From IMG/VR virus record IMGVR_UViG_3300045988_138358: DNA of 64,000 nucleotides; one strand, given 5' to 3'. A program made the position numbers and the translations under genes. The notes beneath the pieces are model-generated. The model saw nothing but the letters and a program-made list of their open reading frames with translations, was not told the DNA's origin and did not search any database. The stretch comes from a virus (taxonomy: Duplodnaviria; Heunggongvirae; Uroviricota; Caudoviricetes). Of this stretch, positions 10,466 through 20,868 are shown piece after piece; position 1 is the stretch's first letter; each line of letters opens with the position of its first letter.

Positions 10466-10794
10466 GGGCAATTTTTACACCCCTCTCAAGGTGTAGAATT
10501 TGCCCTTAACGATCGGCAATTGAGGGCAATTTTTACATCTTAATTGCATGTATCTTGTTATTAGCAAGTTGTGTTTTTATATAACGTATTGATATGTAAG
10601 GACTATGTAAAAATCGCCCTCAACCAATATCGTGCGTATCGTGCATTCTTATTGCGCTTTTTTATTATCATTCACTGTGTTAACTGATTGATATTATTGA
10701 AATGTGTAAAGAATGCCTTCATTACAGATGAATTGATGATGTAAAAAATGCCCTCAAAATTGCGCTACCTTCCCTACCCGCTATCGTTGAGGGC
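10465..10794. repeat. downstream iteron cluster in both orientations (copy-control-like locus)
   Basis: Iteron-like sites at ~10465-10481 (inverted), 10490-10508, 10521-10539 (inverted), 10604-10622, 10701-10721, 10738-10756 and a partial at 10786-10794. Confidence 0.7.
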
Positions 10795-10846
10795 GTGGGT
10801 GCTGACGGGAAATGAGCAACCCTCCAGCACACATAATTAAAGCTAT

Positions 10847-11554
10847 TCAGAATTTGATCACTCCACTCACAGCCCCCTTTAACGCACTTGTAGCCATGCC
10901 AGCGGCACCGTTGACCAAAGCAGAAACACCTGAGCCTGCGGATGTGTATTTCTGGAAAGTGATTGGGTATGACAAGAACTCTGACACCTGATCACGTGAG
11001 CGTGTGATTTCCCCAAGTTGCGTAGGAAATACGCGCATTTCTTCTTCCAGTTCTTTTCCGCCGTCCTGAGTCACCCGGTAGACACGGATTTTCATCAGAT
11101 ATTCAGGAGGAAGGTTTATTGTTCCATCAGGATTTGTTACACGAGAACGACGCTCTTTGAACCAGTCCATGATCTTGCCATCTTCGGTATCCCTCACGGT
11201 CATAGTGACCGGTCCGGCGCTAACATAGGTTGGCTTGCTGAATTCTACGCTGCCGATCACCTTGCTTTCTGTCTCAATGTTTCCACTGCTGTAGGTGATA
11301 TCCTTCACGAACATATCGAAGCCGTTCAGGCCATCCACTTCAACGGTCCACTGCCACCCCTGGGCGTAACGGATACGCATAGCGGCAGCAACAATATTTT
11401 TCCCGTAGGCAATATCGCTACTGTAATTCCCGCTTACCCCGCCGCCTGATATGGCTTTATCAAGAATGTCGCTAATGAGGTTGCTGGTGAATGATTTCGT
11501 GTTAAATGACAATGCGGTGGTCAACGTTCTACCAACGCTGCTGAAAATACTCAC
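10847..11554 (-). CDS. hypothetical virion protein
   Basis: ORF track 235 aa in the tail gene run. Confidence 0.35.
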   Translation of the reverse strand: MSIFSSVGRTLTTALSFNTKSFTSNLISDILDKAISGGGVSGNYSSDIAYGKNIVAAAMRIRYAQGWQWTVEVDGLNGFDMFVKDITYSSGNIETESKVIGSVEFSKPTYVSAGPVTMTVRDTEDGKIMDWFKERRSRVTNPDGTINLPPEYLMKIRVYRVTQDGGKELEEEMRVFPTQLGEITRSRDQVSEFLSYPITFQKYTSAGSGVSALVNGAAGMATSALKGAVSGVIKF

Positions 11555-11569
11555 TCTGCGCCTCCAGCG

Positions 11570-12121
11570 TTAAAAAATGGTAGCCCCCGGAATAATGGCC
11601 CGGTTTGAGGACATTTTTTCCTCAATCTCCTGCACGCGGGCATATAGCGTGGCTTCATCGGGCAGATCGGAGTAGTCAAATTTCCCGTCGATGGACGCTC
11701 TACGCTGCCGGGCGACATTTCTTACATTGATAAGCGCCTCCAGATATTCCTCCAGCATTCCAATGATTGCAGGAGGCACTTGCCATTCATCCAGCTCTCT
11801 GTCGCGTAGATTAACCAGATACAGCATTCGAAAAGGCCAGCGTTCTGAACCTGTTAGCTCTAATTCAATAAATCCGGATAATTCATCCGAATAGACCAAC
11901 AAGCCGTTGTTGTCGGTAACATGAACCAGAGAGAGATAATCTTCTGGCAACGGGATTGCAGTACCACCAGCTTTTTCAAGTTTTAACGTTTTCACTACCC
12001 CTGCCCTGTCCTGATACGTGGTCAGAGCTTTGATCAGGAATGCTTTCAACGTTTCTTCTTCACGCACAAGCAGCGGATTAAATCGCTCTTTAACGCTTTC
12101 TAATAATTCAATTGGTGTCAT
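11570..12121 (-). CDS. hypothetical virion protein
   Basis: ORF track 183 aa. Confidence 0.35.
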   Translation of the reverse strand: MTPIELLESVKERFNPLLVREEETLKAFLIKALTTYQDRAGVVKTLKLEKAGGTAIPLPEDYLSLVHVTDNNGLLVYSDELSGFIELELTGSERWPFRMLYLVNLRDRELDEWQVPPAIIGMLEEYLEALINVRNVARQRRASIDGKFDYSDLPDEATLYARVQEIEEKMSSNRAIIPGATIF

Positions 12122-12175
12122 TGTTGCCTACAACTCAATAACAAGGATGTTCCCGCCACAAGGGCGGGATAGGGA

Positions 12176-12667
12176 TTATTCCGCCCAGTTGTAAACAATG
12201 CGCAGGGAAGGTTTAACGACCGCCGTTACGTCTTCGGATGAGAAGTCCACGGCGTCGGAATACACTTTGCAATGAGAATATGTGCGGATCAGACCTTTAT
12301 GGTTACCGCTATTCGATTCAGCCGCCGCCTGTAAGGTAATTTCCAGATATTCTTTTCCGTATACCATCTGTTTTACAGCGGCGAGAACTGCGCCTTCGAT
12401 AGTTTCCGCGCATGTGACCTGAAATTCACCAGAGTTGCGTAATGGTCCGTGCTGGTTGAATTTCATGCCACCGGGGGCGTAATCCTCCACATCTTCACGT
12501 GTCATTTCTGGTAACTGAGCTGTACGAACTAGTACAGACAGATGTTCGTAACCCTTAATGGTCATCCAATATTCAGAACCAATAAGTTTTTCGCCTGCAG
12601 CCAGGTTTTTATTAAACCGGGATTTTAGAAAGGCCATATCGGCTTTTGTATTTGCAAAACCGGACAT
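12176..12667 (-). CDS. hypothetical protein (tail tube candidate by size only)
   Basis: ORF track 163 aa, downstream of the sheath gene. Confidence 0.3.
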   Translation of the reverse strand: MSGFANTKADMAFLKSRFNKNLAAGEKLIGSEYWMTIKGYEHLSVLVRTAQLPEMTREDVEDYAPGGMKFNQHGPLRNSGEFQVTCAETIEGAVLAAVKQMVYGKEYLEITLQAAAESNSGNHKGLIRTYSHCKVYSDAVDFSSEDVTAVVKPSLRIVYNWAE

Positions 12668-12675
12668 AAATACTC

Positions 12676-13266
12676 CTACACAAAAACAGATGAGATATTG
12701 CTACGGTTGATCGATGTGTTACCGCTGCATTGCAGGGTTACCGTGTTATGAGTGAAATAGCCTTCCGGTGTGCGCGGGGCGTCCAGTTGGTAACTCACGC
12801 TTTTGATAACAACGTCGGTAAGGGCTATGTTCCTACCTATGTTTAACGTTACTGTCTCCGGGCGACGACCGAATGGCGCTACATTGTTCAGTTCCGGCGA
12901 TTCCATCTTCAGCAATGCTGTAATGGCTGCGTTCACTTCAAGTTGCGCGTTCGTTGTCGCCATGAAATCAATTATCAGATTAAATTCAGGCGGTTGCTGA
13001 CCTTCCCAAACAAGCATTGAGTTGAAGAGGGTTTTTGTTGTTACGCCGGTTGCGGTCTGAAGCGTATCTGCAAGAGAGCCAGCCGCAGCGCTAATACCGC
13101 CAAGCAAACCTCCTACTGACTGGTTTTCAAATGGTGATTGCCACATTGATGACAGTTCTGCGGTAGATCCTTCACCGATATAACCGACGACCATATCCTC
13201 TGAAGAGAGGATATAAACCTTCATTAACGGACTTATTCCGTCAGGCATTATCGCGCCGCAAATCAA
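12676..13266 (-). CDS. hypothetical virion protein
   Basis: ORF track 196 aa. Confidence 0.3.
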   Translation of the reverse strand: MICGAIMPDGISPLMKVYILSSEDMVVGYIGEGSTAELSSMWQSPFENQSVGGLLGGISAAAGSLADTLQTATGVTTKTLFNSMLVWEGQQPPEFNLIIDFMATTNAQLEVNAAITALLKMESPELNNVAPFGRRPETVTLNIGRNIALTDVVIKSVSYQLDAPRTPEGYFTHNTVTLQCSGNTSINRSNISSVFV

Positions 13267-13315
13267 ACGCTATTTCTCCCAGGTAGAGGCCACCTTTGCA
13301 GGCGGCCTATGTCAC

Positions 13316-14056
13316 TTACAAACCGCGTTTTTTGCGAATGCGCATTGATTTTTTGCGGTTGATATTCGCTACGGATGTATGTGCTTTGCGGCGTGCTTTT
13401 TTCAGCGCCTGTTTTTGCAATGACGTCATGCGGCGAGGACGCGGGCGTTTACGGATGATGGTAACCTTGCCATCACGAACCACTTTTTTACGTACCGCTT
13501 CCAGCATTGCGCTATCACCACCAGCAACGGTGTAAATGGCAATAGCTGTTTCCATCATGTCGGTGTCGCTTTCGGAAAGAGCGTCATAAACACGTTCGGC
13601 AGCTGAGTCATCTTCATCGTCGATCATTTCGGTTACATCGTCCTGATCAGCGCCAAGCGCAACAGCTGCATCAGCAAGAGCTGCGAGAGCATCGTTATAA
13701 GCATCGATTTGCTCATCGGTGAAATCGGTGTCTTCATCGATATCAGCCAGGCCAGCCATAGTGATTGCTAATGCATCAAATGAGTCAGCCTCCGGATCAC
13801 CATCTTCAACCCAACCAGCAAGCATGGAAGCTGCCAGGCTGCGCATATCACCTTGTGCACGGGATTCAACCGCTTCCATCATCGCGGTTTCAATGTCGCC
13901 TTTGGGCTTTGGTTGAGTGTCCTTTCCTTTCTGTCCTGCGCTTTCCAGCATGGCGTTATCATTATTGTCCTGCGTGGATTTATCACCGCTTTCAAAGCAG
14001 CCAGAACCGAAAATCGCACGCATAAAAGGATCAGCAGTATAATTTTTCATATTCAA
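13316..14056 (-). CDS. acidic hypothetical protein
   Basis: ORF track 246 aa, strongly Asp/Glu-rich centre. Confidence 0.3.
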   Translation of the reverse strand: MNMKNYTADPFMRAIFGSGCFESGDKSTQDNNDNAMLESAGQKGKDTQPKPKGDIETAMMEAVESRAQGDMRSLAASMLAGWVEDGDPEADSFDALAITMAGLADIDEDTDFTDEQIDAYNDALAALADAAVALGADQDDVTEMIDDEDDSAAERVYDALSESDTDMMETAIAIYTVAGGDSAMLEAVRKKVVRDGKVTIIRKRPRPRRMTSLQKQALKKARRKAHTSVANINRKKSMRIRKKRGL

Positions 14057-14094
14057 ACCTCTCTCCCCCGCATCATTTAGCGGGGGGTTATAAA

Positions 14095-15753
14095 TCAGCG
14101 CATCAGAATTGGCTTACCGACGATTCGGCGAGCTGTACCGGTCGGACAAACAGACCAGGACACTTCCCACAGATCGATGTCCTTTTGGACAACCTGAACA
14201 ACATATGGATCTTCGCCCTGGGACTTGTCACGTGGAGTAACCAGCGCACCGGCTGCAACGTAACGGTCAAGCAATTCAGTCATTGCTTTCATTAGCGTTT
14301 CTTTGGTAATGCCATCCGGTTCGTGCTTAATCGCCTGAGCTACTTCATAGAAATCTCTGGCGATGGCGTTCATCAAGGAAGACACATGCTGGAATCGCAG
14401 ATAGTTGTTTTTGCTGTAAGTTGTTAAAGAGTCGTCAATGTAAACGGACCCGTCAGCAGCAACTGAAACTGGATTAATGCGCGCAAGAACGAACGCTTCA
14501 CGATCAACTGCACCGATATTTGGAATTCGGGCAATGTTCTGTCGATCAATAATCGCGCGTGATATACCTGCAGGTGCGTAATGCCAACCACCAACATCCG
14601 GTACCAGCGCCACTCCTTTTGCTTTCGCTACGAATGCGTCGCAGCTAATGCCATAGACGACATTCATTCCAGTGAAAGTATCTCGGCAGGAGAGCGGGAA
14701 GTAGTAACGGCTTGGTTGATGTGAGCCGCCAAAACTATGGCTTTTCGCTTCTGAAATAGCGTTTTCAGGTGTCTGGTTGCCCTTCAGGTCATAGAACATG
14801 TCTACGCGAACATCTTCAGCCAGCTTTTTGATTGCGGCTAAGGCGGATGCGTCATAACAACCCAGTGACAGCAATGCGGTGTAATTAACCTCTGAAGCTT
14901 CGAGAACCTTTAATGCTTCCAGATAGTCTTCAGTGTCAATTTCGGACAGATCTCCATCAGTACCACCTTCAAAAGCTACATCCTCAAAAATGAGTTGAGC
15001 AGCGGATGCTTCTGCATTATCTGCCAGTACGGCACCAATGCGAGTGGACTGGCTTTCAAGCAGTGTCGGAATCCATGCTGGTTGGCCCATGTCGTTAGTG
15101 CCTTCTGGATTGAAAGACACCTGGTGGCTTTCCAGCACCTCAATGGACCCATCGGTTTGTTTTTCTTTCAGCGTCAGCGTAAAGAGTTCGCTTTCTTCAT
15201 CATCGCGAGTTAGTGATAACGTGCGATTTTGAGATGCATCACCATCTTTGATGAAGAATAATGCCTTCTCTTCACCTTTAATCCTGGGCGTCTCTTTGGG
15301 TGTGAAGGACACTGATTGAGTCGTTGCAGTTGAAGCAACACCAACGCTTAATGTGTCACCTGGATTTACTGTGGTTTCAGTAGGTTCAACGGAAAGTTCT
15401 TTGCTCGCCTTTGCCGCTTTTGCTTTGCCCACAACGGAAACAGAAATACCCGGCACCTTCATGTCTTTAGCGCAAACTCGAACGACATATCCAGAGCCGC
15501 CTTTTACTGCACGCTCCACGTGGCGATATGGTTCAAATGCCGCACCCTGGCGAGGGTGAATCGGTGAACCTAATACGCTTTGATAAGTCGTATCGTCAAC
15601 TTTCAGTACCTTACCCGGTGCGCCACGACGCGATATTACAAGCCCAGCAAAGACGGATGCGCCACCGCTGGTATTGGTGAGGGTAGCGTCAGCATTTACT
15701 GACATTACAGCAACGCCAGCTGCCTGCCCTACCGAAAAACTAATCTTATTCAT
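14095..15753 (-). CDS. tail sheath protein (candidate)
   Basis: ORF track 552 aa; size and position next to the capsid and Ig-like genes; no motif verified. Confidence 0.45.
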   Translation of the reverse strand: MNKISFSVGQAAGVAVMSVNADATLTNTSGGASVFAGLVISRRGAPGKVLKVDDTTYQSVLGSPIHPRQGAAFEPYRHVERAVKGGSGYVVRVCAKDMKVPGISVSVVGKAKAAKASKELSVEPTETTVNPGDTLSVGVASTATTQSVSFTPKETPRIKGEEKALFFIKDGDASQNRTLSLTRDDEESELFTLTLKEKQTDGSIEVLESHQVSFNPEGTNDMGQPAWIPTLLESQSTRIGAVLADNAEASAAQLIFEDVAFEGGTDGDLSEIDTEDYLEALKVLEASEVNYTALLSLGCYDASALAAIKKLAEDVRVDMFYDLKGNQTPENAISEAKSHSFGGSHQPSRYYFPLSCRDTFTGMNVVYGISCDAFVAKAKGVALVPDVGGWHYAPAGISRAIIDRQNIARIPNIGAVDREAFVLARINPVSVAADGSVYIDDSLTTYSKNNYLRFQHVSSLMNAIARDFYEVAQAIKHEPDGITKETLMKAMTELLDRYVAAGALVTPRDKSQGEDPYVVQVVQKDIDLWEVSWSVCPTGTARRIVGKPILMR

Positions 15754-15820
15754 GCTGGTTCTTATCCTCTAAAGCGAGAGAACGAGGCAAGGCTACCCAC
15801 GGTTAATGGGCAGCCTCTGA

Positions 15821-16099
15821 TCAGGATTCGCTTACCGTGAAGTTGTCGCCTACGGTTACTTCTTTCGTAGTTGGTTCAACACTGACGGCGCTTACGCTTT
15901 TAGGTGCCTCCCTAACAGTGACTGTGCACTGTGCTGTTTTATTGCCGTCATTTGTTTTGATTGTCAGCACTGCCTGCCCGGCCTTAAGAGCGGTACATGT
16001 AGTGCCATCAACCTGGACAATTTCAGGGTGATCTGACTCAACAGTGAAAGATTTGTCTGTTGCGTCAGATGGCGTGATAGTTACTTGAATGTTTGCCAT
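15821..16099 (-). CDS. Ig-like (Big_2-like) domain protein
   Basis: ORF track 92 aa with beta-rich T/V/S pattern typical of bacterial Ig-like folds. Confidence 0.5.
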   Translation of the reverse strand: MANIQVTITPSDATDKSFTVESDHPEIVQVDGTTCTALKAGQAVLTIKTNDGNKTAQCTVTVREAPKSVSAVSVEPTTKEVTVGDNFTVSES

Positions 16100-16246
16100 T
16101 CTTTTCTCCTGAACGCCCCTTATTCAGGGGCGTGTTTTTGCCTTACTTCTGCTTTGTTTTTTTCTGTGCCTTTGAAGTGTTCGCGGCGATAGTTTCACCT
16201 TCATCTACGTCAAGTGACGTTGGTGATACCGACACGTTCGCCACCA

Positions 16247-17944
16247 TCACTTTTTTTCGTTAACCTTGCCTGTCAGCATGTCGATAGCACCTTCTTTGGC
16301 GCGAGTCAGACGCAGGCGGGTGAAGTAGTTTTCACCGTTGCGAGGATGTACTTCGTTGATGGCACTGCCCCAGAGGGTGGTACGGTTAACGAGAGACGGA
16401 TTGGTTTCGTGCACGTAAGGGATTGCTGGGACTGCATCACCAGCAATCAGACCGGCTTTACCGATGCCTTCGCCACGCCCATAGAAGAAGATGTCATCCA
16501 GCCCGAAGTCATATCCCTGTGCCTGGAATTGCTCACAGACAGGTTGCGGCACTTCGTAAATACGAATCGTGCCAAACAGGGTGCCGATGTACTGTACATA
16601 CGGCGACTGAACGTAACCTGGTGCGATCTGGAAGTGCTGTGGAGGCAGAGAGCGCAGGAAGTTCGCGGCGTCACCACCAGCAAAGCCGCCACGAATACCC
16701 GTTGTCAGGGTACGATTTGCCATTTCTTGAGACAGAGCGTTTACTACGTGACGCAGGAGGCCGACCCAGGACTCATAGTTTTGAGCTTCCGGCAGAGCCA
16801 CATCAAATTCACGACCATAAACGGTATGGAATACCAGGGTGCGCAGACGCATGATGTCGGTTTCATGGGAGATCCAGTTACGCATCGCGGAGAACTGAAG
16901 TGCCGCTAATTCAAGGCCGTGCTCACGGCTTAAATCGGATGCGGACATTACCGTGTGTTCGGAAGCAATTACGTACTGGGACGGACGAACTTCGTACTTA
17001 CGCATAGCCTGGTTGATCACAGGAATCAGGCTTGGATTGCGCTCGATGTTAATTTCGACCTGAACAGCAATTTCAGTACCTTCTGGCGGAGCCTGGGTAA
17101 ATGTAATGTCAATGACACCAGTGTCATAGGCAACTTTGGCAGTCGCTGAGAAAGCATTACCTTTGCTGTCTTTAGCATTGAAATAAAGGTTGCCATCGCC
17201 GTCGTCAACTTTGGACGGTTTGCGGTTGATCAGCAGTTTGTTATAACCAGCGCGAAGCGGGCAGGATTGTCCCTCAAAATTTTGGATGTCGAACTGGAAG
17301 GTTTTGGTGCTGCCATCCCCTTTAGTGGAAAGGGTATACAGGCGCTTCATTTGAGAATAAACACCAGCTGACTGCATATTCAGTTCGTCACCTTGTTTGA
17401 AGGTGCCGAATTTTGTGCCTGCTACGTTGACCAGTTCATAAATATTTGACTCGTCACGATCACAAGGAACAAAAGTACAGGCATCACTGGTAGCAGCGCC
17501 CAGAGAGGCAGGCAGTATTAGTGCAGCATATTGAGCAACTTTCATTACGCCGTCAGAGCTACGCATTGATTGCGCGACAGACTCAAACATTGCCTTACCC
17601 GTGCCTTCATGGGTATCACTGGCACATTCAGTCATCAGGCGTTCAAGAGCCATGTGTGCGTTCGCCAGGATGTCACTTGCCGGGTAATGACCATGTTGAC
17701 GTTTATACTCATGCAGAGACATAGCCCACCCACCAGTGATCTGACGAGCGACCTCTGGATTTACGCCTTCAAACATAGGCACTTTCTGGATTGCTTTATC
17801 CAGGTTTTCCATCATTACTGCCTGGTCAGCAATCATGTTGCCTGCTGCATCGGTGGTCGGATCGACGGTCATAGCCATGACGCTTGCCGCCCGATTCATA
17901 ATCTCGCGCTCGCGATCACGAGCTGGCTGAATGTTTTTATTCAC
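16247..17944 (-). CDS. major capsid protein (candidate)
   Basis: ORF track 565 aa; first gene of a minus-strand late operon upstream of the sheath; assignment by size and position. Confidence 0.4.
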   Translation of the reverse strand: MNKNIQPARDREREIMNRAASVMAMTVDPTTDAAGNMIADQAVMMENLDKAIQKVPMFEGVNPEVARQITGGWAMSLHEYKRQHGHYPASDILANAHMALERLMTECASDTHEGTGKAMFESVAQSMRSSDGVMKVAQYAALILPASLGAATSDACTFVPCDRDESNIYELVNVAGTKFGTFKQGDELNMQSAGVYSQMKRLYTLSTKGDGSTKTFQFDIQNFEGQSCPLRAGYNKLLINRKPSKVDDGDGNLYFNAKDSKGNAFSATAKVAYDTGVIDITFTQAPPEGTEIAVQVEINIERNPSLIPVINQAMRKYEVRPSQYVIASEHTVMSASDLSREHGLELAALQFSAMRNWISHETDIMRLRTLVFHTVYGREFDVALPEAQNYESWVGLLRHVVNALSQEMANRTLTTGIRGGFAGGDAANFLRSLPPQHFQIAPGYVQSPYVQYIGTLFGTIRIYEVPQPVCEQFQAQGYDFGLDDIFFYGRGEGIGKAGLIAGDAVPAIPYVHETNPSLVNRTTLWGSAINEVHPRNGENYFTRLRLTRAKEGAIDMLTGKVNEKK

Positions 17945-18056
17945 GGTTAAGCCCTAAATTCGGGCGCGGCGTGAAGGTTCTTTTGACGGGCTAACAATAC
18001 CTACTTTGTGATTTAGTCAATAGGTTTAGTAAAATAAAATCTATTAACACGCATGT

Positions 18057-18088
18057 TGTTATGTGATTTAATTTTAGTTTTCTAACAC
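18057..18088. promoter_or_regulatory. operator-like site (degenerate TGTTATG-N17-TCTAACAC) in the divergent region between the capsid gene and 18103
   Basis: Recurrent motif, see findings. Confidence 0.45.
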
Positions 18089-18102
18089 AAATCATTAGAG
18101 TT

Positions 18103-18495
18103 ATGGCGTATCGAATCTTTGTTTCGTATAAAAATGGCGCTAAGAGCCACTCTCTGAACACAACAAGTCGCTTTCTTGTTGAGGCGCAGTTGGCATCAAT
18201 TCTTGCCGAAAGTGAGATACTCTCGCTCGCTCAACGGATCGTTATCCAGTTTTCTGGTAGAGATATACTCAATGTCCCCGCCCTCACCCCGGCCTCCGAA
18301 GTTATGGAATCAATTAAATGGCCTGTATGCGGATGTCCTGCCAGGGTTGAAGAGCCGGTAACAGCAACGCTCTACATGCCGAAAGCAGTAAGAGATTGGC
18401 TTGCTATGGTTGGTAATGGGAAAGTCAGTGCTGGACTTCGCAAGTTAATTGAAATGGCAGATATTCCTGAGTTAAAAAACGCATGGCGACAATGA
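18103..18495 (+). CDS. hypothetical protein
   Basis: ORF track 130 aa; ATG confirmed at 18103. Confidence 0.4.
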   Translation: MAYRIFVSYKNGAKSHSLNTTSRFLVEAQLASILAESEILSLAQRIVIQFSGRDILNVPALTPASEVMESIKWPVCGCPARVEEPVTATLYMPKAVRDWLAMVGNGKVSAGLRKLIEMADIPELKNAWRQ

Positions 18496-18511
18496 GTAAA
18501 CAAGGGACAAA

Positions 18512-18970
18512 ATGAGCCACGTTAACCCATCAAAAACACAATATCGCTTAATGCTGGCGATCGCGTCAGCTATACCAACCAGCCTGAATCCCCCGGCAGG
18601 CTATCCCGCTGTTGTTGATGATTGTTTTCAGTATTACGGAGAAGACATCCTGAGCCAGTCCAAAGCGCTCAAGCAGTTATGTAAGGCAGGTATTCTTCAC
18701 TGTATCGGAGATCCGGACGATTTTGTTGTTATGCTGGCGGATCGTGACTCTTTTCTACTGTCCTGGAAAGCCGGTGCGCGCGAAGCACGTTTGGGGAATG
18801 GTATTGGTTACATAGACTATAGTGATTGTCCGCTGGCATTTGCTGGTGGATATATGCATTGGCATGAGCGAAATAGAGGCCGTCAGCGTCAGTATCGCTT
18901 GAGTGACTTTAACGTCTGTCACGGTTTCGAAGAAGCTGACAGCCAGGACATCTGGCTTCAGGAGCCTTGA
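18512..18970 (+). CDS. hypothetical protein
   Basis: ORF track 152 aa; 17 nt after the previous gene. Confidence 0.4.
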   Translation: MSHVNPSKTQYRLMLAIASAIPTSLNPPAGYPAVVDDCFQYYGEDILSQSKALKQLCKAGILHCIGDPDDFVVMLADRDSFLLSWKAGAREARLGNGIGYIDYSDCPLAFAGGYMHWHERNRGRQRQYRLSDFNVCHGFEEADSQDIWLQEP

Positions 18971-19290
18971 TCCCCCTTCCCTTCCCAAATCTCCCTGTTT
19001 CTTTGGTTATTCAGTGCGTTTCGTTGGTTGCATTCGTCGATCGTGCTGAATAACTGTTCAGCGTATGTCGGATACTTGTTTAACAGCACTGGCGTGTCCT
19101 CTGGCACTAAACAAGGGGAGTAATCAATCAGATTTGCCTGCGGCTTGCTGGTGGCTTCTACGGTAATTTTCACTGGCACGCTGGTTGATGGCTTTTGCCC
19201 GTTCCCGCTGCATCCTGATAACGTCATCAGGCACACGCACATCGTTAATCCCAGCACGGCGTAACGCATTTTCAAGGCGAGTGATTTCAT
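18958..19290 (-). CDS. o-spanin-like outer membrane lipoprotein (Rz1-like)
   Basis: ORF track 110 aa; signal peptide ending in lipobox LSGC; overlaps the 3' end of the i-spanin gene in another frame. Confidence 0.5.
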   Translation of the reverse strand: MKSLALKMRYAVLGLTMCVCLMTLSGCSGNGQKPSTSVPVKITVEATSKPQANLIDYSPCLVPEDTPVLLNKYPTYAEQLFSTIDECNQRNALNNQRNREIWEGKGDQGS

Positions 19291-19597
19291 TCTGGCTTTC
19301 CTCTCGTTGTTTGATTAGGTTGGCATTCAGTTCTGCTGTTTTGCGCTGGTACTCCTTTTCCAGTGCTTTAATTCTTTCGTTTTCGGTCAGCATGGCTGAG
19401 CGAGCGTTCTCACTTAACTGTAATGCGGTAGAAAGCGTGTTGTTCGTGCTTTCCAGTTGTGATTTTGAGTCTTCAAGCGATCGGACATACCTGATGTGTT
19501 CGATAACTGCCGTCGTTGTTCGGTAAATTCCAGAAATGGCTAAAAGCGCAATTACAATCAAAATTATCTTTTTCAAAACCATCCTCTCCAGGTTCAT
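19124..19597 (-). CDS. i-spanin-like protein (Rz-like)
   Basis: ORF track 157 aa; N-terminal transmembrane helix then long coiled coil. Confidence 0.55.
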   Translation of the reverse strand: MNLERMVLKKIILIVIALLAISGIYRTTTAVIEHIRYVRSLEDSKSQLESTNNTLSTALQLSENARSAMLTENERIKALEKEYQRKTAELNANLIKQREESQNEITRLENALRRAGINDVRVPDDVIRMQRERAKAINQRASENYRRSHQQAAGKSD

Positions 19598-19652
19598 TTT
19601 TGGTGTTAAACATGTACCAATTTACATCCCTTTGTGTGCCTAAGTGGTGTTT

Positions 19653-20459
19653 CTATGGTTCCTTTTTGGTGTTCTTTTGGAGCGCATCGATAACGCCTTG
19701 TGGCATGATTAAACTGATTGCCGGACTCATTACTGCATCATCCAGTAGAGAACCAGTTAACGTGATGGCGACAGCGTTCTCTAAACCTTTGGTTGCCTGA
19801 GTGGTTGACGTTTTAATGCGACCTGTAAGGGCTACGACATCCTCACTTGCTGAGTTAATTTCGGAGAGTAAAACTTCGGCGGCTGTCACTGCTGCCCGTA
19901 AAGCATCAATTTCATCCTGAGTAATGACTGGAGCCTGAGCGCCCCCAGCACCACCCTGTCCACCATTGCTTTCACCACCACCAGCACTTCCGGTAGCTTC
20001 AATTTTTGCGTTAATGGCGTTCATGGCGGTTTTCAGAGCATCAAGTTTTAGCGCCGTCAATGCGTCCGTTAGAGATTGCGGAATGGAAACATTCCCCATT
20101 CCCTCAACAAGGGCGAAAGCAGGTATGGGGGTCAGCTCGTTACCTTTTGCGTAGCATTCCCAGCCAATCTTCATCTGTAACAGCTCTGATGGTTTGGTGT
20201 ATGGGGAAAGAGAATCAGCCAGTAATGAAGACGCTTTGCTGGCCTCATTGAGCTGTTCGGAAAATCCAAGCAATTGAGTCGTCCAGGCCGACACTGAATC
20301 AGGATAGGTTTTATCAGGGTGAACCATTTCCTGTATTGCGCTCGCGAGTGACGAGGCTTTTGAAGAAGCCGCCCGGCTTATGGTTATTGATTCCGGTGTG
20401 GAGGCACCAGCACCAGACAGAATTTGGAAGGCTTTAACTTCACCTATTGAATCAAGCAT
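19653..20459 (-). CDS. hypothetical protein with Gly-rich linker
   Basis: ORF track 268 aa. Confidence 0.3.
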   Translation of the reverse strand: MLDSIGEVKAFQILSGAGASTPESITISRAASSKASSLASAIQEMVHPDKTYPDSVSAWTTQLLGFSEQLNEASKASSLLADSLSPYTKPSELLQMKIGWECYAKGNELTPIPAFALVEGMGNVSIPQSLTDALTALKLDALKTAMNAINAKIEATGSAGGGESNGGQGGAGGAQAPVITQDEIDALRAAVTAAEVLLSEINSASEDVVALTGRIKTSTTQATKGLENAVAITLTGSLLDDAVMSPAISLIMPQGVIDALQKNTKKEP

Positions 20460-20743
20460 TATGCGACCTGAAAAATATCCTCGCCGTTAGCGATAACAGA
20501 ACCACAAGAAAGCGGATCGCCTACGCAGACTACTCCCTTTCCACCTATTGAATACCATGCCCGTGTCGATACAGCCGATCCGGGATGTGCACTGTTGCCA
20601 TCTGTATGGCTGGGAAACATGGCACCATCCACAACAACTGGCTTACCGTTGACGGTGAACCAGGGAACGGTTTCAGCTACCAGTCGCGGCGGAAATCCTC
20701 CGTGACCGGAACAAAGTGTGTCGCTGGTGGCTATTGCGCTCAT
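20459..20743 (-). CDS. PAAR-like small Cys/His protein (tentative)
   Basis: ORF track 94 aa; GKPVVVDG and GDPLSCG patterns; ATG confirmed at 20743. Confidence 0.3.
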   Translation of the reverse strand: MSAIATSDTLCSGHGGFPPRLVAETVPWFTVNGKPVVVDGAMFPSHTDGNSAHPGSAVSTRAWYSIGGKGVVCVGDPLSCGSVIANGEDIFQVA

Positions 20744-20836
20744 TCTTCATCTCCTGGTTATTCGCCTATTGTCATCACTTTGTTATTTCGTCACTCAAAG
20801 AGAGAGTGAAATCACGGAACATTTACAATTCCCGTT

Positions 20837-20868
20837 TTGTTCTCAAATTGTTCTCAAATTGTTCTCAC
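20837..20868 (+). repeat. parC-like centromere: three tandem 11-bp repeats (TTGTTCTCAAA)
   Basis: Seen directly; further TTCTCAAA copies near 20903 and 20989; upstream of parM. Confidence 0.6.

Noticed and set aside
9568-10794. Possible CRISPR array because of regularly spaced short repeats
   Set aside because: Repeats are 19 bp on a 22-bp period with no unique spacers, occur in both orientations and flank a Rep gene; these are iterons.
16111-16140. Hairpin plus T-run between the capsid and Ig-like genes as an operon terminator
   Set aside because: The T-run follows the hairpin only on the plus strand while both genes are minus-strand; at most it stops antisense transcription.
19596-19675. 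TTTTTGGTGTT motifs near the spanin start as part of the par centromere
   Set aside because: They resemble the repeats upstream of parA but lie ~3 kb away, and I could not register their coordinates reliably; left as an unassigned repeat.
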